Below are positions 48,450 through 60,319 of a stretch of 64,000 bases of DNA, piece by piece. A program made the position numbers and the translations under genes. How positions within the stretch are numbered: position 1 is the stretch's first letter; the number at the start of each line of letters is the position of its first letter. Source of the stretch: Carcharhinus amblyrhynchos (taxonomy: Eukaryota). The notes under the pieces were generated by a model. It ran no database searches and was not told the DNA's origin. It saw nothing but the letters and a program-made list of their open reading frames with translations. Where the stretch lies: the NCBI GenBank assembly GCA_965287045.1, contig OZ336890.1, positions 22,568,001 through 22,632,000 of the forward strand, in the 5' to 3' direction.

Positions 48450-49215
48450 TGTAATTTCTCTTTTTAGCTGGTGAAAGACTTCTATAATGATTCTGCAGCT
48501 TTTATTTCTTTTGGCTGGCTGGAGAGTTAGTTTTTCTCTCCTTCTACTGATGCCTTTTTTGTTAATTTCACTTAGTTGGAGCTGTCCATTTCAGGACCAT
48601 CATCTTCTTTTAACCTTGAAACTTATTTTCTGTTTTAGCAGTTGAAGGACATCTCTACTCCAAAAAAACTTCAGAACTTCTCTGCTGGAAGTCCCCTAAT
48701 GCAGGGATCTCTGTTTGGACACCCTGCAGATTCTCTTCAGGTAGAGAGAGCTGCATATCTCAACATTTCACTCTCCTGTGCCTTTGGAACAAGCTTTGCA
48801 CTTCCCTGTGACTTTTCTCTCCTTACTTCTGAACTTGTTTAACTGCAGCCAATATCTTTTTTATTAAAGAAAAACATTCTTCTCAAATTTTTCTCTTCTG
48901 AATCTTAAAGAGAGCTTTCTTCTAGCTGGGTATATCTTCCTTTTATTTCAAACTCCTGTCCTTTTTTTCTTTAACTCAGATTTCACTTTCCTTGCTCCTG
49001 ATGGCTAATCTCTCATCAATTTCCAAATGTCTTTACTTGTCAGCCACACCAGGTTCGGTTATGTTGACTGCCCCTCTGGGTCTGGCACGAGCTCAGCAAC
49101 CCTCGCTATACCTATTCGCTGAGTCGATTCACTGTAGACGCATCCCTCTTCTTGAGCTACAATTAAACGACATTTTCGCAGTCTGTGTTTTCCACCTTGT
49201 CACCAATATGTTATA
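48450..49215 (-). mobile_element. Degenerate Gypsy-type LTR retrotransposon gag region with an LTR/PBS junction
   Basis: The reverse strand is purine-rich with frameshifted traces of KFEKNV, KAQE...YAALS and EKF. TATAACA-TATTGGTGAC at about 49199-49215 resembles an LTR end followed by a PBS. Confidence 0.38.
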
Positions 49216-49564
49216 TTGTGTCATTCTCGCATTATTAAGAGATTTCAGAATTTATTAGGATCAAAAGTTATTTATTGATGAGCAGAGCAGCAATCCTTAT
49301 GTATTTACAACATGGCTTCTAAATGATTCTGCCCGAGACAGAGCTTCTCGATGATGGAGGAGGTGAGCTTTGGTTGTATTGGACATCATCCAATGCTGGT
49401 GGCTGCCAACTTCTTGACCCTGAATTTCTATGCCTCAGGTTCATTCCAGGGGTTGACTGGAGATCAGTGCTGCACCTTCCAATTAGTCAAATATCACTTT
49501 ATGAAGGTGGTGGCAGATGCCTTCTTTAGGAGCACCAAGCATTACATGAATGAATAAACCGCGT

Positions 49565-49733
49565 CGGTTTTCTCCCGTAGTCCAAAGATGTGGACTGGCC
49601 ATGCTAAATTGCCCCTTAGTGTCAGGGGGACTAGCTAGGAAAAATGTATGGGGATAGGGCCTGTGTGGAACTGTGGTTGGGACAGACTTGATGGGTCAAA
49701 TGACCTCCTCCTGCACTGTAGAATTCTATGATT
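49565..49733 (+). mobile_element. HE1-like V-SINE 3' part with a CR1-type tail
   Basis: GTCCAAAGATGTG...GGCCATGCTAAATTGCCCCTTAGTGTC...CCTCCTCCTGCACTGTAGAATTCTATGATT. Confidence 0.78.
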
Positions 49734-49764
49734 TACAACATTTTGTTTTAAGTCTTCTAAGTAC

Positions 49765-50010
49765 AAGCTGGAGTACAGTCTGTACCCTGCTTATTGCAAA
49801 CAGCCGGAGAAACATGTTGTTCGATTTGCTCAGACGATTGTTGGGATGTATGACCTACCCGCCAGGCATCGAAGTGGCACTGAAATTCATACACCATGTT
49901 GTTCAATTTTGTGGCAGGTGGAATGTCTTTTTGGACAGACGGCATCATTCTAGTGATGGAAAATAACACACTCAGGTCATCACTGTGTTGTTGTGATCAT
50001 TTGAAAGTTG
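49765..50010 (-). pseudogene. Penelope-like element GIY-YIG endonuclease relic
   Basis: LFSITRMMPSVQKDIPPATKLNNMVYEFQCHFDAWRVGHTSQQSSEQIEQHV fits the PLE endonuclease pattern VY.F.C.C...YVG.T.......R...H. A possible C-terminal remnant (LEA...NT*G.LLC) lies at about 49278-49345. Confidence 0.78.
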
Positions 50011-51553
50011 GCTTTTGTGCATTTGTTTTGCTGAGTGCAACACAAACAGCTTTGATCAACAACATGTCGGTTATCAGCATTATTCAATTTCTGTACCACC
50101 AAGCAACTATTTATGAATTTGCTTCATTCATGATAGCTGAATGGGAAATTTAAATGTCAGAAATAAACATCTCTTTATGCAACTGTACAGCGTATAATTT
50201 GAACTATAATCTGTCAAAGTAAAACAACTTAGTGGAAAGAAAAGACCCTTGTGTTAATTACAGCACTTCAAGTTTGTAAGCTCCAGCCAGATAAGCTATA
50301 TTTATGAGAAAGAACAGAACAGTGTTTGTAACTCTTTCAGAATGATCTGGGTAAACCTTGTACTATGAGTGATAGCTTAATTAAATAACCTTTTAAAAAG
50401 AAATCAAGGGTTGGCTCCCAAAAGCTTTCAAATGAACTTTGAACATAAAAGCATGAAAGAGACCCATCAAAATTAAATATTAGTACATTTACTATCCTAT
50501 CAGGCTGCTCGACAGTGCCTGAGTGTAGATTGTTGATTAAAGCCACAATATTCCAGATGTGATGTTCAATGAAACTGGAACAAAACGCAACTGATTTCAT
50601 GACCATGTAGGATTTAGTTCCTCTGCAAATTTCAGCCATCTCCATACCAAAATACAAGACTCTACTTGAAGTTTGCAGTACACATAAACTGAAAACTTGA
50701 GTATCAGATCTCCTCAATATAATGTTATGCTGTAATTATGATCAGAACATTAACAAGATACATTGTACACTTTATTAAATAGCCCTTATCATATTTAAGG
50801 GGAGATGTGGGTGCAGATGGCAACACTTGACATTCTTTCCAGGAATTATTGATTTGGAGCACTTCCACTTTGGGGTGGTACTGGAACATTGCAAATTGTT
50901 TGGTGCCACAAACACTGTTCCAGGGCTCTCCTGGTATTTTCCCAACATAGCAAGATTTGCACCTGGCACAACATGTCTGGAGAATCATCCCAAATCTTTC
51001 CTCATGGAACCTCTGGTAGTTTTAACAATTACCTTAAATCTGTGCTTTCTGGTTACAGACCCTTTGCCACAGGATATAATTACTCCTTGTTTATTCTGCC
51101 ACATCCTTTGATAATCTGCCTTGTTTTCAGATATTTTCCTTCCTTTTCCTCCAATTCCTCCCCTTCCAAACTTATCATTTGAATTTATATCATTTCACGG
51201 GCAAGCGTATCTTGTCCATGTGGATATGCAGTCAGTAATGAAGAGCCAGCAGCTTTTTCTACGAAGAGGTTTGGGGAATAAGGGACAAATCAAAGATGAA
51301 GCCTCATCTTGCCCCCTCAATTTCAATATAAACACACACACATTTCCGCTTATGGTTACTGAATATTGATCAGTTGAAACCATGTTCCTTCTCTTGTACT
51401 TAACACAGGATGCCGAAACCAATTAGAGCATTCCTGCTCCCAGTTTAAACCTGCACAGGCTCGGAATTGATTCTGACTTTTCTGACCATTCAGTCACCGG
51501 TTTACCAGCTAAGGTACCGTGGTAACTATTGGATGACTTGTGTCCATCAATTT

Positions 51554-51872
51554 ATAGAATCATAGAATCACGACAGTGCAGAAGGAGGCCATTCAGCTCA
51601 TCAGGCCTGTACCGACAACAATCCCACCTAGGCCCTATCCCCGTAACCCCACATATTTACTCTGCTAATTCACTGACACTAACGGACAATTTAGCGTGGC
51701 CAACCCACCTAACTTGCAAATCTGTGGACTGTGGGAGGAAACTGGAACACCCAGAGGAAACCCATGCAAATGTGAGGAGAATATGCAAACTCCACACAGA
51801 CAGTGACCTGAGGCTGGAATTGAACCCAAATCAATAGTGCTGTGAAGCAGCAGTGCTAACCACTGTACCACT
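51554..51872 (-). mobile_element. HE1-like V-SINE with a CR1-type tail
   Basis: It has the tail ATAGAATCATAGAATC...GCAGAAGGAGGCCATTC, the V-domain, and the tRNA head CAGCAGTGCTAACCACTGTACCAC. Confidence 0.9.
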
Positions 51873-52199
51873 CTAGCGCTCATTCACACGGGATTTAAAC
51901 CTAGATTTGAAGCAAATGTTTGAAACCTCTGCACCAGTTAGGTGCATTGTAATTACTGATGATTCATTAGATTTGTACATCCAATTTACGTAACCAACTC
52001 TACAGATAGAATACATTTGTACAACTTTTGTTGTGGAGAGTGATGTATGTTCTAAGGTATAATGTTCTACTTTGATAATGTCATGTTTGCAAAACGCTGC
52101 CTGAGATAGTCATTTCCACGTCCAATATCATTTCAGCTCCTTATCTCCCAAACAGCAGTATGAGCTGTGTGCCTAATCAATAGTGAGTTTTGTGTTATC

Positions 52200-52480
52200 T
52201 AATCCACCATGTCAGGGGCATCTCTTTGTTTTCTTCTTCCTCGTGTCTGTAACTTCTCCTCCCTCAGCTGATCAATTTTCATGTTGTAATTAAGGTGCCG
52301 CCTGTTTTAGGTGCTCGACCTGAATGCCAGCAGAAAGCCAAACACTGAAATTGCGAAATAAGCCATTGGAAATTATTGAATTCTGGCACTCGGTAGTTTC
52401 AATTATCTTTAATATGCCGAGTACCCTGTGTGCTATTATTAAACAATGAATTTTGCACTGAATTGATGCAACAACAATAA
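52200..52480. promoter_or_regulatory. Candidate conserved non-coding element (strongest in the window)
   Basis: It is unique sequence with five CpGs in 52295-52420, motifs GTAATTAA, CAGCTG and AACAAT, and an imperfect inverted repeat GGCACTCGGTA/TGCCGAGTACC. Confidence 0.35.
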
Positions 52481-53468
52481 ATTGAATTTAAATAGAACTT
52501 CAGTTTAAATAATTATACCAATACTTCACAGAGACATAATTACACAAAGGTGAATGCTCAACTGTTGGAGGGACTAGGGTAGTGACCAAAAAGGTGGCAA
52601 AAGAGATGAGTTTAAGAAGAGTAATAAAGGATAGAGGAATTTACTAAGAGAATTAAGCTTGCAAGTTTTGATTAGCTGAAGGCAGAGCTGCCACAAGGGA
52701 AAGCACAATGGAACATGCTGGAGTTTTGAAGGAGGTTGCAGAAGTAGGGAAGAGGGAGCCATGAAGGAATTTGAACAACAGGATTAGAATTTTGAATTGG
52801 AACTCCAGGATGAACACAAATTATCAGACACTGAAGTTATAGGAGAGGGAGACTAGCATAGAAAACAACAAGCATGTTTTGGATGAGTCTAATTTCCTAC
52901 AGGGAAATATCTGGAAGATGACAATTTATTTGGCCTCCATCACAAATTCAAAACCTTTGACATTGATTGCATCACCCTGGCCATTGGTTCTGGGTGAACC
53001 TGATTGTTTACAACCTTGGCATCTGATTCCACCCCAAGCTGAACCTCAGACACTGCACCCCAAACAGCATGGAGGATAGGAAGATGGCCAGGATTCCAAA
53101 TAGAATGCTCAAGCTTGGAGCTGGCAAAGGCCCACATGAGAGTTTCAGTAGCAAACAGATCAAGGCAGGAATGGAGATGGGCTATTGCGAAGGTGAAAGT
53201 TGGACAGTAATTCAATGGAGGTTATATGGTCAGAAGCTCACCTTGAATTAGATTCCAAGGTTCTGAACCTTCCAGTTCAATCTGAGATGATGTCCACGGA
53301 GCTGGTTGGAAATCATAAATGTCAAAAACAATAGCTTTGATCTGCACAATGTATACTGGAGAAAATTGAAGCTTACCCAAATGTTGGACCAATGCAGGGG
53401 TTTAAAGAGATGGTGGACAGGTTAGAGTTGGAAGTCATGAGCACACTTCTGAAAGCTTGCCCCATGCG
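52480..53468 (-). mobile_element. L2 LINE, decayed RT C-terminus and 3' end
   Basis: The reverse ORF IAHLHSCLDLFATETLMWAFASSKLEHS...GHLP matches the L2 pattern IA.LR..L....AETL.HAFV.SRLDY.N..L.GLP. FQKCAHDFQL at about 53425-53455 is a degenerate FH.YADDTQL. An insertion of about 150 bp lies at about 52915-53065. Confidence 0.75.
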
Positions 53469-54789
53469 CTTCAATTTTTACACAACATTTGGAGTAAAAT
53501 CCCATTGAATCCAACTTTGCTCCAATATAGCATCAGCAGTGAAATCCGCTCAAGGGCAGGAATTTGCCGGCAGATCAACATTACATCAATTATTTTGTAT
53601 CATGAAAATAGCTTTGACTCAGCCACTTCCTGAAATCCAACTGAAAATGACTTAAGTTTAGGAAAGCTTAATATTGATTAACCTAGAAAGGGCAATGTCC
53701 TGAAGTAATAATGAAACTCTCAGAAAGGAAAGGAAATCTGAAGGTTAGCCATTGAAATAGATTTGTGACTCTTAGTAACCCAAAGAATTGACTTGAGGCA
53801 TCAGTTCAGTCAGACTCTTTGCAGAAAAATACATCAGGTTCCACTGGCAATTATCTACTGACTGGCTGACTGAGAGATTGAAATGCAAAGTTGGAGGAAA
53901 TACCCTCAGCTACATCCTTGAGGAGACAGGTTTTCAGCAGCACTTCTATTTCTGAACGCTAGATTTTCTGAGATCAATTTTTTTGATCTGTTTTTATTTA
54001 TTTAAAAGTATTCTGTCTGTTGTCGCCTGAACAGCTCTTGCTCTGCAACTAAAGGCAGTCTAGGCACATTTTGCAGAGTTTCAAGTTACTATAGATATTT
54101 CGCACTTAAGATACCATAGCAGTTCAGATAAACCTTCAAACTGTGTTTGAAATATGTGTTCTATACTGGGAAACTGTTAACCATGACCCATTAATAGTGC
54201 AAGCGAACTGTTGTGCTAAGTGATTTATTCCTCGGATCCACTCAGACTGGTATTTTCACTGCCTCCAGAGTTCTTCCTGCCAAATCATGCTACTTGAGCA
54301 GCAAACTATGATACACTTACTGATTGTCATAGGAGATCATGCAGTGTCCAAATCATTTGTCTTATCCATAAATTAGTATTACTGTCACTTATGAATCAAA
54401 TCAAAAAAGCATGGAATATTTATAGTGTAGGATGAGTTTAGATTTTTTGTATTCATATTTTCAAGAGGAAATTTTTTTTGGATTTGAGTTTCAGTCTAAA
54501 TTTCAAGATTTGCAAACAAAGCACTGTTCCCATTCCTAAACCGAAGTTGTTTCCATATCATTCTACTTCCCAGAGCAATGAATACACAAAAAACAATGTG
54601 TATTTATCAGGCATCTTTTAATATAATGCTCCAGATTGCACTGCCATTATCCCAACTCTATGCTCCCCATCCCAAAATATTTAAAATTCCTGTCTTCAGC
54701 TTCTGTGTCTAATCTCCTACCAAAATGAGCAGGCACAGAAAAAAATGTGTCTTTATGTTGATTTTTGTAATGTAATAATTGTTTGTAAT

Positions 54790-54880
54790 AATAATTTGAC
54801 ACTAAGCCACATATAACAATATTAGGATAATGGCCAAAACATTAATCAAAGATGTTTTAAGGATTACCTTAAAGGAAAAA
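54790..54880 (-). mobile_element. L2 3' fragment
   Basis: AATTTGACACTAAGCCACAT...ATATTAGGA...GGCCAAAAC...TCAAAGA...TTTTAAGG...CTTAAAGGA, as at 23905-23995. Confidence 0.55.
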
Positions 54881-56854
54881 AGGACGTTGCTTTTGTAAGT
54901 CTTAGGTGAAGTATGTTGTTGAACAGATTTGGAAAATAAGTTAATTAGCTTCAAACTGTGAACAATAAATGAAGCAGTAATCACAAGGAATTTGTTACAT
55001 TTTCAATAGCTGCATGGGTTTCATTAACGTAAGAGAAAATATTTTTGCAGTAACCCAACAAAGTGACCTCAACTCAGATTATTCCGTAATAAACGAATTC
55101 AAATCTATCTGACAATTAGTGCATTCCTTAATAAAGACTGTATTAAATTATATCGTTCTTCTATTTGAACTCATAGAGGATGAATCAGAGGCTGAAGTTA
55201 TTGCTGATCATATCTATCTCCATAAAACACAGCTGTAATAATAATTGCACATTTTATCAACAGTAATCCTCTGAGTCTAAATGTCCAAAGGGTGCATAAT
55301 TTATTATCTTATTAATCAGTTGCTAAAAATAAGAAAATTATGTTGAACTTGATGAGAGTGGCTAACTTACAAGTTCAATAATTTCCTCCCTATGTCAGAA
55401 TATGACATGAAAAATATTTCTGTCTTCATCACATTAACTACATTAATGGATATAAATACAACAACAAAAATATCCGTTCTTAAACTTTATAATTTGTGCT
55501 GTTGCCTATGTCTGAATTAGAACACAAATCAGCAATGAGGAACTGTCAACTTGGGAAAGGTATTTGGATTTTTAGTTTTCCTGACCTACCAGATCAGTGG
55601 GGAAGGGTGTCTCAGTTCTGTTTCAGAGCCCTGGAAGTGGAGTTCACACCATGAGTGTGACCCCACTGATAGATTTCCCACCTAATTGGCAAGTTTGGCA
55701 TCCAGTGGAGCAGTTTAGATGAAGGCGCACAACCAGGGAAATCTAGGCTGTCACTGGTTGGAGGTGACCCAATTCCAGGGTATGTGGAAGAGTGTGGAGC
55801 TGATCCCACACTTTCTCTTGGGGAAGAGAGGTCCAAATTCCTGGGGCAAGTTCCAATCCAGGGTCCCAAGGAAAAGAGGATGAGATAGGCCTGATGATGG
55901 GAGCTGTGGGGAAGGAGGTTGGATGCCTCGATGATCAAAAGGATCAGGAGGGTTTGGTGTTCAGTTATGGGGGGTGGGGGAGAGGTGTGTTGGATCCTGT
56001 GGTTAAGTGGAAAGGCACTTCCCTCCCCATCCACCAATCTCTTGCTTCAGTTTAGCTGATGGGTTTCCTGAGACCTCCTGAGAGTGAGTTGTCTGCCTCT
56101 GTTAAAACTAGAAGTTGGCGGGTTGAGTTTGAATTCAGGCTTTGCACACTTTACATCACACTCCCCGACCCAAGCCAAAAGCCATCCACTTTTTTGGGAG
56201 TTAAAGTTCCCCCACACATTGCATTGAATGGAATACTCAATGAAGCTTGAGGATGTACAAATCCAGTTCAAAATTCAAAAGGATTTTCAATCTGTTGATT
56301 TGAGCAGGCTGGGTACTATTTCCAGGACACATCTGAATTCTTTTAGATAGCAGCCAGTCCAAATCTAAGGAGCAATTTCACAACTTTTATTGATTTCTGT
56401 GAAAGAATTACTGATTTCAACAGGGAATTTAGCATATAAGATCGGGCTTTGCTTTCAATTGATGGAAGGACAGTTGTTTCTGCTTGGGTTCCCACTAACA
56501 CAGTTAAAGCCGCAGTGTCCCACAGATCAGATATCACCCAGTTGTTTCTGACATACAACCACCAGCTGCCAATGTTATTTTAAATTGCAGTGTTCTTCCC
56601 AATGTCATCAATTTACAGAATTACACTTCAGAGATGTGCAAATCTTTTTTCATACACTGACCTATGCTTTTTCCTCTTCTGAATCTGACTGTCAGGAAAC
56701 ATGGTATTCCTGATATTGACTTACACTGCATTAAATGCGTCAATTGGTTACAGCTGAAGCCATTTCTTTGTGTTCTTTTTGGTGCAGCTGTGTTTTAATC
56801 AGAGGTTGATTGCGTATTGACAACCTGTTATCCAATTGCAGATAACTTTGCATG

Positions 56855-56932
56855 GAATCATTGAGTCATTTTGGCATATAAATAGGCCATTTGGTCCATC
56901 GAGTCCATGTGGCTCTCTGTAGAGCAATCCTG
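56855..56932 (-). mobile_element. CR1-type 3' tail fragment
   Basis: GAATCATTGAGTCA...AGGCCATTTGGTCCATCGAGTCCATG...CTCTGTAGAGCAATCC. Confidence 0.5.
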
Positions 56933-56984
56933 TCAATTGAACAAGTGAACTTGACTAACTGAACTTAGATCAACAAAGTGTTAG

Positions 56985-57877
56985 CTCGTAGAATGCGGGC
57001 ATATAAGTCAACACCACGTGTAAGACAATCCCATTTTTTCAGCACCAAAGTATCTATTTTTTGCCTAACTTGGCATGTAAGTCAACCTTCCTCCCTCCAA
57101 TGTCACAATTTTTAAACTAATAGATGCACAGTTAGGCCAAACTCCCATCTGAATTTAACATCACTTTTTTCAGCTCAGAAATGCATCTTTTGGGTTACAC
57201 TTGCCTTAAAAGTTATTGCATAGGATCAAGTAGAGAACATGAACCATTTCTCCAAAAGCATACGTGGGGGTTTCAAGACACATCCATGTAGAGCAAAGTG
57301 CATGAGAACCAACAAGCAGAAGTGGATCTTCCTGCACGAACACCAAAAGTTCACATTTTATACTTTACATGAGTGTTTGGATATTTTTAAGACAGAGAGA
57401 GAGAGAGATTCTGGATAAGTAAAGAGGATGAAAGGTTATTGGGGGTAGGTGGGAATGAGGAGTTACAATTAGATCAACCATGATCTCACTGTATGGTGAA
57501 GCAGACTCAAAAGGCCAAGTGGCCTACAGAATGGCTGCTAACTCCTTTGTTTGTATATATGTTTGTATATGCAAAGGGTTAACATCAGGAGCACCTGATT
57601 CTGCTATAATCATGATATGATATCACACGATTAAGTAATTGGAAGGAAGCAGCAGGAGAACCTCGTGTGGAGGTTTACAGTCTATATAGAAATGTAAATA
57701 AACAAGAATGTATTTTATGAATTACAGACTAAGGTAGCTTTTGTAGGTAACAGGCAAACTGTAAAGAAACCCCATCTTGTCGCCAAAGTCAACACAAAAT
57801 AGTATAAGTCAACCCCTGCTTTTGGAAGGATTTTTTTGAAGCTTCAAAGATTGACTTGAGCACCATGATATATGGTA
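56985..57877. mobile_element. Non-autonomous Tc1/mariner (Tc2/pogo-like) DNA transposon
   Basis: TAAGTCAAC motifs recur at about 57004, about 57078 and about 57805. The right end GATTGACTTGAGCACCATGATATATGG-TA is an imperfect inverse of the left end CGTAGAATGCGGGCATATAAGTCAAC. Confidence 0.45.
57375..57571 (+). mobile_element. CR1 3' UTR fragment inside the DNA transposon
   Basis: ATTTTTAAGACAGAG...AAAGGTTATTGGGGGTAGGTGGGAAT...AGATCAACCATGATCT...AGGCCAAGTGGCCTAC...(TTTGTATATG)n. Confidence 0.7.
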
Positions 57878-58392
57878 ATAACAAACAAAATCTCTATTTT
57901 CATTATTATAGAGATTGACTTTATTAGAAGCACTGCAAAAAATGCTCATGTTAATGCCTTGAATATGTACATGCTTGTACTAAAATTCCTGCACTTGAAT
58001 CAACCAATTTTAGGAAAAATAATTAACTGAAGTTGAGGTATGACACGATCAAATGGTGTCCACCTTAAACAGTGACTGTAACATTCAAAGTCCAATTTGA
58101 AACAAATATGAAAAGTTGTTTCCAGTTCTTTTCTATGGTTCATTAATTGCTCTCATGTCTATTGAATAAAAAGCTTTCCTTTTAAATGTGTTCCTACCCA
58201 GTTAGTCATAGACAAATTTTTGATTCTTATCAAGATCCCTTCCCATCTATCTCATCCCCCAATGTTTCCTATCAATCATTAGTCAATTCTTGGTGGACAG
58301 TCACCCCTACACTTAAGCATCTCCTTGAGTGCTGAGTGTGACCTCCAACAGCATTTCAAAACATTTCCTCTCCAAATAATTCTGCTGTTTTA

Positions 58393-58620
58393 AAGAAAGA
58401 CTTGAGTTGAATTTGTATGGTGCTTTCCACTGACTCAGCTTTTCAAAGTGGGGGCTTTATGTCCATTTAAGTGTTGTTGAAGTAGAGACATAGTTATAAT
58501 TTTGAAAACAGGCAGTTAGGTTTATGCAAGTGTAGACTCTCTCAAATTGCAGTGTGATAATGAGCAGATAATATTTTTTAAAAATAATGTTGGTTTTGAA
58601 TTAAATATTTACCAGCCCTT
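58393..58620 (-). mobile_element. Deu-domain SINE 3' part, diverged
   Basis: AAAGAAAGACTTG...GCTTTCCAC...TTGAAGT...GCAGTGTGATAATGAGCAGATAAT...ATGTTGG...TAAATATT is the inverse of 10170-10380. Confidence 0.55.
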
Positions 58621-59094
58621 TTTGAAATCTGCATTTTGAAATTAACGCCAATTGTACATTTTAACTGATAACACAGTGCTGCTTTCCGTACAATTACACA
58701 CACTTTCTCTTCATAAAAGTTGCCAAATATGCCATAGGTGATGAAATCAGGTTGTGGCTGTGGGCAGTTATAAGTTTCGATGGAATCTGTAACACAGAGG
58801 TAATTGGAAGAAAAAACATTACAGCTCCTTGAGTGCCTCAAGGTGTCATGACTTAAAGTACTTATCAAACCTGGCTGACATAACTGTATGGAAAGATTTT
58901 GTAAACCAACATTTGTGTCATGTTATGGATGGAAATGGTTGGGTAGAAAACTTGGCTTGCTGTATTGTTTTTCAACCTTTCCCTGCCCATGCATTTTATA
59001 ATATGCAGTGGAGCATTAATTTCCCCACCTGAAGCAATTTAGAACTGAGTGAACAGCTGCCTCTTTTTGTGCCAAAAACCTTTGACCTTGCTCG

Positions 59095-59206
59095 CGGCTG
59101 GGATTCTCCAATGCCGCTGCAGTGAATGGAGTTTTGGCTAAGTGCCAAATTCTCCATTCTCAGTGGCAGCAAGGCAGAAAAGGACACAATTGGAGGATCC
59201 CGCTCC
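59095..59206. mobile_element. Short MITE-like element
   Basis: It has inverted ends GGCTGGGATTCTCC...GGAGGATCCCGCTC and an internal palindrome AATGGAGTTTTGGC...GCCAAATTCTCCATT. Confidence 0.5.
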
Positions 59207-59649
59207 GATCTTCCTTTTGTGTCTTGATGCTGTAAATATGCAAACACCAATCATTGTCTCGTAGTTTAGCAGATAAAATTTTGTAAACTTAATGCACCCA
59301 GATCGATTTCTATTCTTTGCACTCAGCATTATTTTGACAAGTAGTTTACAAGCGCAGGAAAAATTATTGGCCAAGAATTTGGCTGTCAAGAGGTTCAGTG
59401 TTGTACAAAAGATGAGAAACTAAGTGATTCAGTTAGAAACTGCTGGATGTTAGCAATGACATTGCAAGGTGCTAGTGTTATGATCTCAGTAGAGATAAGT
59501 AACTTTTTTTAAAAGAAATCCAGCATGCTAGTTATTTTTGAAAAGAATTAAGCCACAAGTTTCCACAATTTACAACAGAAACAGTTTTACTATACAAAAA
59601 TCAAGAAAGCAAATGCTGAATACTATCTTGCATAACCTCCTACACACTA

Positions 59650-59890
59650 ACATCCACATTCAATGTAAATTAAACATGAATCAACAGGCAAATTGCAGTT
59701 GATAATAAATGATAAATTATGCATTAAATGGCATGAATTGGCTCAGCAGTCCACACAGCATATTGCTTATCAAATTCAGAGACAAAATCATTCAAAATTC
59801 TACCTTGATTATGAATAATTTTCAGCCCCCCTCCTTCTGAGATGTAACCTTATCCCCAGATGATTTCCAGATCTGAGTTATAGCAGTGAT
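59650..59890. promoter_or_regulatory. Candidate conserved non-coding element
   Basis: It is a unique AT-rich block with TAAATTA, ATGCATTA, GATAA and TGATTA motif clusters. Conservation was not tested. Confidence 0.25.
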
Positions 59891-60319
59891 TTTTCCTGTC
59901 CCACCTAACACGGGAATTGTCGTGGGCAAATGGTGGACCATGGAAAGGTCCGCTGACCTCAGGATTTCCCAGTTTTGAGGTGAGCATGGCTGGAAAATCC
60001 AGTTCAGAGTTTCCATTCACTTGGACAGTTAGCTTTCTTTCCCTATGTCCATTCTTGGTTTCCCTTTTCATTTTTTTGTCTTATTTCTATCTTCAATTCC
60101 TCAAAAAATGTTTTGAAAGCGCAGATTCCAACACACTGCAGATAACCAATAATTCAGTGTTTTTGTAAGTATTATCTTGGAGCGATTCAAGTGATTCGAA
60201 CCGCTGAACGGTTAAACATTTATTCTGAGTGTTTATTTAGACATGGAGGCTGAACCCAATCAGTCAACCAAACTGCAGAAAACGTAGGACAATGTACCGT
60301 ACAACCGATGTACCATATT

